From: Chiloscyllium plagiosum
Taxonomy: Eukaryota
Reading direction: 5' to 3'
Length of the DNA stretch: 64,000 nucleotides
NCBI RefSeq assembly: GCF_004010195.1
Contig: NC_057718.1
Span: 15,605,416-15,669,415, forward strand
Under the pieces are notes generated by a model, which did not search any database, had not been told where the DNA came from, and was given only the letters and a program-made list of their open reading frames with translations. The position numbers and the translations under genes were made by a program. Positions within the stretch are counted from its first letter, which is position 1; each line of letters starts with the position of its first letter. Shown here in pieces: positions 1 through 9,600 of this stretch.

Positions 1-92
1 TCTAGAGTTTAAATTGTATATATTTTTATACCAGTTGGGAAAAAGTGGTAAAATTGTTTTTACACCATCAACAAGCACTTGTACATTGCTGC

Positions 93-344
93 TTTGTTAA
101 GAGAATGGTATTCTTGTTTGATTTGAACAGTTACATTGCTTCTCTAGGCCAAACACAAAAATGTGAAATATTTTTTGCAGAACTAGGTTTTTCACCACAC
201 AATGGGAGTCTGGTTTAAAATTGTAATTGCAGAGAACTGACTCACTGGAGAACTGTAGTTCTGTGAAAAATATTTCACAACTTTGCTGTCTAGAGGAGCA
301 TTGTGGCTATTCAAGTCAAACAAGAATACCATTCTCTTAACAAA
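93..344. repeat. Long imperfect inverted repeat (arms 93-185 and 256-344)
   Basis: 93-121 is the exact reverse complement of 316-344; pairing continues inward with mismatches and one gap region. Confidence 0.9.
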
Positions 345-1249
345 AGGGTTGGTATACCTATATTTATTGATGGGATAGAAACAAATTACCATGACCTCTC
401 TCACCCAAACTAATAGAACTCTCTACATTAAATGAATCTAGTTTATAGCCAATCTAAACTGCACAAGCTCACAGTACAGAACTGCATGTAATTAAATGCA
501 GAAGTGCAAGTGTCTTCAGTAAATTTAAAGGTGGCTGGTGCAGGAAATCATAAGAATCACATACTAACACACAACAAATCAATCTTGCAAATTTGTTGCA
601 ACAAAAGAAATGAACCCAAGATTCTAAGCTTACCCATCAGCCATCCTTTATTTATTCCAGGGATGAAGAGACTGTGCTGAAGAAAACAATCAATCATTCT
701 TCACTTGGGGGAGTCGTGAACATTTGCCTTTCAATAAGAAGGCAACCTTTTACTTAAAGGTCAAAGAGATTTAAATGTGAAGTTTTTAAATTATGAAGGG
801 TTTTGGGTGTGTTAATGGCAAAGACCATTTTTGTTAAATGAGGAATCAATGTTTAGATTATTAACCTCAGACTATTAGCAAGAGAGAACAGTCAGAATTT
901 AGAACTTAGAACATAGAAAAGTACAGCACAGAACAGGCCCTTTGGCCCACGGATATTATGCCGAGGTTTAATCCTAATGTAAAATATAATAACTTACGCA
1001 TCTCTCAACTCACTGCTATCCATGTGCATGTCCAGCAGCCGCTTAAATGTCCCTAATGACTCTGCTTCCACCACCAACACTGGCAATGCACTCCATGCAT
1101 TCACAACTCTCTGCATAAAGAACCTTACTCTGAAGTCCCCTCCATACTTTTCTCCTAATATCTTAAAACTATGACCCCTCGTGGCCATCAATCCTGCCCT
1201 GGGGGAAGGTCTCTTGCTATTGGCCCTATCTATTCCTCTTATTATCTTA

Positions 1250-1336
1250 GTTAAAACTCACAACACCAGGTTATAGTCCAATAGGTTTAATTGGAAGCAC
1301 ACTAGCTTTCGGAGCGACGCTCCTTCATCAGGTGAT
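1250..1336 (-). mobile_element. Short Penelope-type terminal fragment carrying a hammerhead motif, inserted in the CR1
   Basis: Interrupts the collinear CR1 sequence; contains CTGATGA...GAAAGCTA on the minus strand; family assignment is from recall of shark repeats. Confidence 0.65.
1300..1334 (-). ncRNA. Minimal type I hammerhead ribozyme motif (intact core)
   Basis: Minus strand CAC-CTGATGA-A-GGAGC-gtc-GCTCC-GAAA-GC-TA-GTG. Confidence 0.75.
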
Positions 1337-2128
1337 TCCTCGATTAGGTCTGTTCTCTTGCTCCTTCTCTCCAGAGAGAAAAGTCCAAGCTTATTCAACC
1401 TTTCTTTATAAGGCAAGCCATCCAGTCCAGGCAGCATCCTGGGAAACCTTCATTGCGCCCTCTCCAAAGCCTCTGTATCTTTCCTATAGTAGGGTGACCA
1501 GAATTGGAAACAAAATTGCAAGTGTGGTCTCAACAGGGACTTGTAGAGCTGTAGCATAACCTCGCAACTCTTAAACTCGATCCCCCTGTTAATGAAAGCC
1601 AAAACACTTTCTTAACAATCCTATCCACTTGGGTGGCAACTTTCAGGGATCTATGTACTTGCACACCAGATCCCTCTGTTCCTCCACACTGCCAAGAATC
1701 CTATCTTTATTCCTATATTCAGCATTCATGTTCGACCTTCCAAAATGCATCACTTCCTATTTATCCAGGTTGAACTCCATCTGCCATTTCTTAGCCCAGC
1801 TCTGCATTCTGTCTATGTCACGCTGCAGCCTGCAATAACCCTTGATACTATCAACAACACCTCCAACCTTTGTGTCATCTGCAAATTTACGAACTCACCC
1901 CTCAATCTCCTCATCCAAGTCATTTATAAAAACTACCAAGATCAGATGCCCAAGAACAGAGCCCTGCAGGACCCCACTCAACACTGACCTCCAGGCAAAA
2001 TACTTTCCATCTACAACCACTCTCTGCCTTCTGTCCGCCAACCAATTCTGAATCCAGATAGCCAAGTCTCCCTGTATCCCATACTTCCTGACTTTATGAG
2101 CGAGCCTACCATGGTGAACCTTATCACC

Positions 2129-2440
2129 GTGGGCGGCACGGTGACACAGTGGTTAGCACTGCTGCCTCACAGCGTCAGAGACCCTGGTTCAATTCCTGCC
2201 TCAGGCGACTGACTGTGTGGAGTTTGCACATTCTCCCAGTGTCTGCGTGGGTTTCCTCCAGGTGCTCTGGTTTCCTCCCACAGTCACAAAGATGTGCAGG
2301 TCAGGTGAATTGGCCATGCTAAATTGCCCGTAGTGTTAGGTGAAGGGGTAAATGTAGGAGTATGGGTGGGTTGCGCTTCGGCGGGTCGGTGTTGGGCCGA
2401 AGGGCCTGTTTCCATACTGTAAGTAATCTAATCTAAAAAA
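2129..2440 (+). mobile_element. HE1-like tRNA-derived SINE
   Basis: A box tgacacagtgg, B box ggttcaattcc, core tgtggagtttgcacattctccc, LINE-like tail gggccgaagggcctgtt and (taatc)n end. Confidence 0.88.
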
Positions 2441-3319
2441 CATGCCTTGCTGAAGTCCATATCCACCACATCCACTGCTTGACCTTCATTGACCTGTCTT
2501 GTCACCTCCTCAAAGAACTCAATAAGATTTGAGAGGCCTGCCTCTCACAAAGCCTTGCTGACTGCCTTTAATCACGCTATGCTTTGCCAAATAGTCATAA
2601 ATCCTATTCCTCAGAATATTTTCCAAAACTTTGCTGACCACAGATGTAAGACTGACAAACATTATCTGAGTCTCTGGATTATCAGTCCACCAATAATGTC
2701 ACAAGGCCATTGCTTCCCCTTTATTTTTATTTAGAAGGTTACTGGGCTATTTGATGTTAACAAGTGGCCAAGGCTGATAGCATTACATTTCTTCCCAGAG
2801 AACCGTAAATAAATAGTTGAAGGGAGACAGATGGAGTTAGTTTTGAATTGCTGGAACAGGCATTTTGGATCACCTGGTCTGTTCCTGTCCTCTTAAAAAA
2901 AAAACAGATTCTGCTTTAAATTCCCTCACAATATCTGAACAAAGTAGTGGCATATATGTTTTATTTCATGCCTCTAAACAATTATTTGCCACCCCTCCAC
3001 ACAGGTCCTCAAAGACCAAAAAGTTATTTTTTGCCTTCTTGTGTGTACTATGAATACAACATAATAAAAGAAACAATAAAATAGATGGCTATAGAAAACC
3101 TAACATATTTGTCAACTACATAATTAGTGAATTTCAGAATTAAAATGTAGCTAAACAGCTTTGAGGAAGTGAAGCAGATGTGATGATTACGAGCCTCTCT
3201 TTTGTGGTAAGATTAACCATGATCTTACCACAAAAGATATGTGTAGAATTTACACATATGTAACTGCACAATACTAGTTCGACACACAAGTTCAAAGACA
3301 GCAAAATCTGGCCATTCTG

Positions 3320-3325
3320 TTTATT
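3320..3325 (-). promoter_or_regulatory. Candidate polyadenylation signal AATAAA with a downstream GU/U-rich tract
   Basis: Minus strand AATAAA...GATTTTGCTGTCTTTGAACTTGTGTGTC, about 80 nt after the candidate stop. Confidence 0.3.
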
Positions 3326-3403
3326 AAGTGAACAGTCATCTTTGCAACAGTCATTTTTGTTCAGATGGTTGTTAAACTGACTTGGATTTCAGAGTAAATG
3401 ACA

Positions 3404-3453
3404 CTACACTCCAGTTGTTTTCAATTGTTTCTTGGTACACAAACCTGCAGGTG
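3404..3453 (-). CDS. AHCTF1: Candidate terminal coding exon (SPAGLCTKKQLKTTGV-stop)
   Basis: Pyrimidine-rich acceptor ctttcttttgaatttttctcaatgcag after a 110-nt intron; in-phase TAG at 3404-3406; AATAAA at 3320-3325. Confidence 0.4.
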
Positions 3454-3563
3454 CTGCATTGAGAAAAATTCAAAAGAAAGGCTCACCTGCTATAGTAAGC
3501 TAGATTTTTTTTCTTAAACTAGAGATTGTAATTTTACATAGAAAAATAAAATAAATTACATAC

Positions 3564-3676
3564 ATTCAGTCTCTGTATGAACTGACTGGACCTCACTCTG
3601 GGACAACCCTTCTTTTTCCTGTGGTATAGGAGTCAGTTGCTGTTCCGCCCTCATTTCTGGAAGTGTGCCTTCACTA
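3564..3676 (-). CDS. AHCTF1: AHCTF1 exon (113 nt), predicted
   Basis: [37 protein letters not shown]; ttttaccag / gtatgt; phases 2-1. Confidence 0.7.
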
Positions 3677-6600
3677 CTGGTAAAACAACATAAAAGCAAA
3701 CACAGAATCAGATCATTTGGCCCAATCTGTCAAAGCCATTATTTTATGCTCTACATAAGCCTCCTTGCACCTTATTTCATCCACCAAGAGCAGACCCTTC
3801 AATACTTCCCCGTGTACTTATCTGGCTTTCCTTAAATTAATTTTATCATTTCCTTCAAATACTGCAATAGTCTGTGTTCTAACCACTCTGGGTAAAGATG
3901 TTTTTCCATAATTCCCATTGGGATGCATTGGTGACGATGGTTTATTCATGGACCCTAGCTCTGGGCTCATCCAAAAACAAAGGCATCTTAGTTAGATCTT
4001 TCCTATTTAACCTGTTCAGAATTTTTAAAAAGCTATCAAAGTCACTCCTTCACGTTTGAACAGTGCCATTAACAGAGTTAATGCTGGAAACTACAGGTAT
4101 AATAGATTATATTATATTTCTGGATTATAGCCCAGAGACATAACTAGAATGTTAACATTTTAAGAGAAATCTGGGAATGGAATTTTCTTTCTGCCTCTAC
4201 TGATGATTCAACATAGAACTCTTTCCAGCATGACAAGAACATCCTTTAATATTTCAATGAGGAGGTTCACTTCCCAGATTAACTGTCTGTTAAGATCTTA
4301 CAGGACAGGACAGTTAGCTAATATCAAACGAGTGGATTTTATATTGTTCTTTTCCAAGATGGCAAAGTATCGCATTTTTAAAAATTAGAGATTCTTACAC
4401 GCATGAGTTTTATTTTATTCACCCAAGCTGAATTCATATTTCACGTCTCTCAGAATCTCATTACTGAATATTGTGGGTGGGTGGGTGGGAGGGGAAAACA
4501 AAGAAAAAGAGACAAACACTGTCAAGCATTACAAACTCACATGAGCTAGAAGCAATTCAGGGAGGCACTGCGTCATGAGGTCATGTCATTAACCATTTAG
4601 GCATCTCTATTTCAGAATTGGAACAAAGATATGTACAAATTGTGGAGAAGCAAACTAAATAGTTCTGGATGTAAGTTTACTTGCTGAGCTGGAAGGTTTG
4701 TTTTCAGACATTTCTTCACCATACTAGGTAACATAATCAGTAAACCTCCGGTGAAACGCTGGTGGTATGTTCCGCTTTCTATTTGTGTTTAGGTGGGTGA
4801 TATCGTTTCCGGTTCTTTTTCTCAGGACAGTAGATAAGGTCCAAATCAAATATGTTTATTGATAGACTTCCAGTTGGAATGTCATGCTTCAAGGAATTGT
4901 CGTGCTTGTTTCTGTTTGACTTGTCCTAGGATGGATGTGTTGTCTCAGTCAAAGTGGTGTCCTTTCTCATCCGTATGTGAGGATACTAGTGAGAAGGGGG
5001 GTCTTCTCTTTTTGTGGCTAGTTGGTGTTCATGTATTCTGGTGGCTAGTTTTCTACCTGTCTGTCCAATGTAGTGTTTGCTACATTGCTTGCAAGGTATT
5101 TTGTAGATGACATTTGTTTGGTTGTTGTTTGTATAGGATCTTTCAAGTTCATTAGCCGCTGTTTAAGTGTGTTGATAGGTTTGTGGGCTACCATGATGCC
5201 AACGGGATCACCAATATCAGGATTCCTAGCAGAAGCAGTAATGCAGAGACTCGTACAAACAGTTCTCCCATCCATTCAACCTAAACATAGAGTCCGCAAC
5301 ATGGATGACAACTTTGTCACCACCAAATTAAACAAATTAAAGGAAACCTACAACACCATCAACCATATCCTCACTGGCATAAAATTCACAAAAAAAATAA
5401 AGAGAACAACAAACTGCCATTCTTAAATGTCACAGTAGAGCAAACAATCAATGAGGAACTTCAAGCCTGTGTCTCTTGGAAAACAACACACACGGACCAA
5501 ATACTTAACTACAGAAGCAACATCTTCATGTCCACAAACGAAGCTGCATTAGGATACTATTTCAACGAGCCAACACGCAATGCAACAGCAAGGAACTATG
5601 AAGAGAGGAGAAATACCTATACAGCGTATTCAAGACGAACGGGTACCCAATAAACACAATCTGCCAAATTCTCAGCAATAAACCCAAACAAACAGACTCA
5701 ACGCACCCAGAAACCCTAGCCACTCTCCCCTACATCAAAGACATGTCTGAAATGACTTCCAGACTACTCAAGACCTCTTGGTATTATGGTAGCCCACAAA
5801 TCTACCAACACACTTAAACAACGGTTAAATGAACTTTAAAGACCCTATTCAAACAACAAGCAAAACAAATGTCATTTACAAAATACCATGCAAGGACTGT
5901 AACAAACACTACATCAGACAAACAGGCAGAAAACTAGCCACTAGGATACACGAACATCAACTAGCCACAAAAAGACATGACCCACTATCACTCGTATCCT
6001 TACATAAAGATGAAGGAGCACACCACTTTGACTGGGACAATACATTCATCCTAGGACAAGCCAGAGACATGCACGATAATTCCTTGAAGCATGGCATTCC
6101 AACCAGAACTCTCAACAAACACATCGATTTGGACCCCACCTACTGTCCTCTGAGAAAAAGAACCAGAAATTATATTATCCACCCTAAGAAGTCTAAACAC
6201 ACAAATAGAAAGCGGGACATATCATCAGCACTTCACCAGAGGGTCACTGCTGTTGCCTAGTGTGGTGATGAAATGTCTGAAAACAAACTTGCCAGCTCAG
6301 TGAGCAAACTTACATCCAGAACCTCAAACTGAGCTATAAATCTTTTCAAAAATTGCTAAAATCAAATATTAATCTATTAAACTCTTCTAGCCTGTCCCAT
6401 CATTCAGTAACAGCACAAATAATTCTAATTCTTCTACATGATCTTGATAACCCCTTAGTACCCAAAGACTATATCAATAACTAACTTGAGTATACCCAAA
6501 GGACCCACAATTATCTGGACAGAGAATCCAAATGTTTAACAACTGTGAGTTAAGAAACTTCTCATCTCCATCCTACATCGGTTGACTCCATATTCTCCCC

Positions 6601-9600
6601 AGTCAGGAATGCAATCTTCCAGCATTTACACTTAAGTACCTTCAGAATTTTGTGTTTCATTGTGATCAACTCATTCTTCTGAAGTGTTCTTTGATGTCTC
6701 CTCATTGGAAATTTCACATCCCAGGGTATTAGCCTAGCGAAGCTTCACTGCACTCCCTCTTGGCCATTCTTAGGTAACATTGAAACTACTCAAGATATAA
6801 TCAAAGCCCAATGCACTTACAGTAAAAAAAATTCTCTTAATAAAGACCACTTGTTTTCCTAACAGCTTGCCTGTATCTGCTTCTGATTCATGTATATTGA
6901 TCGCCCCAAAGTTCCTCAGAACATTATCATTTCTTAGCCATGAATCATAATAAAACAACTTTTGACTTCCTATCAAAGGGATAAATCCACACATCTCCAC
7001 TTTATGTTTCACCTACAATTTTTTTGCCAACTCTCAATCTCACTAAATTCTTTTGTAAATCTCACAGCTTATTTTCTCACTTACCTTTGTTACATAATGC
7101 ATGATAACTTCATCCATGTTAGTGATATATATTATATACAGTCGAGGCCCAAGCATAGATCCTTATGATATGCTACTAGTTACTATCTATTAACATAAAA
7201 AGGCCATGTTTATTTCCAACTTTTTTTCTGTTCACTAACTGAACCTCAAAATTTGCTAATATATCAATTCCAGAGAGGCAGTGTTTGTTTGATAAAGAGA
7301 GATTGATCGGTTTAGGCGTGTACATGCTGGAGATTAGAAGAATAATAGATCTAATTGATGTACAGAAGATCATAAAGGGGATTGACAAAGTAGACAAATA
7401 GAGAATCTTACCTCCTGTAGGCGATCTAGAACAATAAGTCACAGCTTTAGGGTAAAATTGAGAGGAGGAGAAATTACTTGTCTCAAGGGGTCATGAATCT
7501 GTGGAATTCACTCTTCCAGATTATGTGGATGTTGGGATACTAAGTAAATTTAAGGAGGAGATGGACAACAGGCAAGAAAGTGGAGTTGAGGCAGAGATGA
7601 AAACAGCCATGTTTGTATTAAATGACAGTGCATTTGAGGGGCTGAATTGCCTGCACCTGTTCCTAATTCTTATGTTCTTACATGGAGATCAATGCTGGGA
7701 GCTCTACGTTTTACATAAAAACTTATACTCCAACTTACTGGATGTTTTTCAAATTCTAAACACAGGTTTACCTCTCATTAGCAGATTCAAGGTTAAGCAA
7801 GACTGTTTCTTCATTTTTTGAGGTGAGGAACTGTGTTGTATGCTGTGGTGAATCTACTGTTGGTGACGTACTTCCATTCTTGGCATCAATGTTCAAAGCT
7901 AACAACAGAAAATATTATCTGGTTAATGGTTTTGTTTGACAAACAAATCAGCTGAAGGTAAAGCTACTTCATTCCTAAGATGAAGGATTTCAGAACACTT
8001 AATAAAAAAGAAACTTACCTTCTTCACACTCAGAAGCTTTGTTAATATCTGACTCAAACAGATTTTCATTTACAGGCACATCCTCGCTTCTCATTTGTGG
8101 CATTTCAACTTGGTCACTTGCAGCATGCTCCTCCATGACACATCTCTCCACACAAGCAGGTGCGGTTAAGACTTTTCTTTCATTATTTACAAACAACACA
8201 GCTTCAGAAACTGCTTTCCCCATTTCCTTACATGTATCTCCTCTATCCAGAGACTCAGCAGCGTCTACATATTCTTCCATGGACCACTCTTCTGTTCTTC
8301 CTGAACTGTTAAAGTCATCTCTGGGGAGTTGAACTTGATCATTATCCATGCCAGTGCCAGAAAAATCAACCATCGCCACTTGCTCAGACAGTACTTCATC
8401 GTCTGGAGTTAGTTCACCCATAGCCTGGTTTTCTGTAGTTGAAGGCCATGATTCAATGGATGGTGTTCGTGGAATTGGTTTCGACGATGAAGGCAGTAGC
8501 TGTAATTCATCAGCTGCAACCTAGAATCAAAGGATATTTTATAGAGGTTGCAAACTGACATAACAGGTTAATAAATAATCAATTATTCATGAATTCAGAG
8601 GTTGGAGACAACCAAGGATTAAAAAATTAGAGCTCTCCACATTTGTATCATATTACTATTACAGGCTCCCAAAAGATACCTTATGTGTAATTGACAAAAT
8701 GGTCAATTATACAGGTAACCACCTCTTATCAAGTTATACTTTTACACACTCAAAGCCACATCTGACACCGATTCACTACAAATCTCAACTAAACTAGCTA
8801 GGATAGTTTTCTTTTAATAAACTTATGTAGGTTTGCTCACTGAGGTGGAGGGTTCATTTTCAGACATTTCATCACCATACTAGATAACATCTTCAGTGAG
8901 CCTCTGGACGAAGCACTGTTGATGTTTCCTGCTTTCTATTTATATATTTGGGTTTTTTTGGGTTGGTGACGTCATTTCCTGTTCTTTTTCTCAGGGGTTG
9001 GCAAATGGGGTCCAAGTCGATGTGTTTGTTGATAGAGAAACATCATCACCAACTCAAAGAAACCCAAATATATAAATAGAAAGCAGGAAACATCAGCAGT
9101 GCTTCATCCGGAGGCTTGCTAAAGATGTTACCTAGTATAGTGATGAAACGTCTGAAAATGAATGCTCCAGATCAGCGAGCAAACTTTCCTCCAGAACTTC
9201 AACCTGAGCTACAAATCTTCTCAAAACTCACTAAACTTACTTTATAGTTACCGTGAAAATAATGTCATTGTTGTCCCAAACAAAAGACAGTTGTAGAGGA
9301 GCATGGAATGGAAAGCTGACATGGAACACAGTCAATGCATTAATCATTCCTGTAATCTGTCTAAGAATACATAATTGCCCAATCTGCTTTGCTTAGCATT
9401 GTTCTATCTGAACTGTTCATTCCTTTGCTAATCAAAGCTTGACCCGTGTCCTCTGTCTCTAACTGGTGTTAGGGCAATCAAAATCAGCTCTAACACATCT
9501 CTTCTTCCCACTGCAAACATTTCACATACTGCACACTTTCACCAAAACCCATGCCAAAAAGTCACTCAAAAAGGAATATCTTTTCATTTTCTTCAAAATT

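Larger units (their letters stand above)
901..2656 (-). mobile_element. CR1-clade LINE 3' part (RT region + 3' tail), interrupted by two younger insertions
   Basis: Minus-strand peptides TRGHSFK, FFMQRVVNAW and SKFADDTK; ctatgttcta-type tail near 901-915. Confidence 0.9.

Noticed and set aside
634..676. Possible 43-nt minus-strand exon (ttttcttcag ... gtaagc)
   Set aside because: Open only from phase 0; joining it to the phase-1 donor at 3563 gives a stop, and it has no ELYS similarity.
661..760. Plus-strand acceptor-like tttattccag followed by a short open frame (last exon of a convergent gene?)
   Set aside because: The peptide is unrecognisable and there is no supporting upstream exon in the window.
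2129..2200. tRNA gene
   Set aside because: The A/B boxes belong to the SINE head, which continues into the SINE core and tail; there is no full cloverleaf.
8527..8537. ATATCCTTT on the minus strand, resembling an AT-AC U12 donor
   Set aside because: It lies in the pyrimidine tract just upstream of the acceptor of exon 8019-8520, with no exon ending there.
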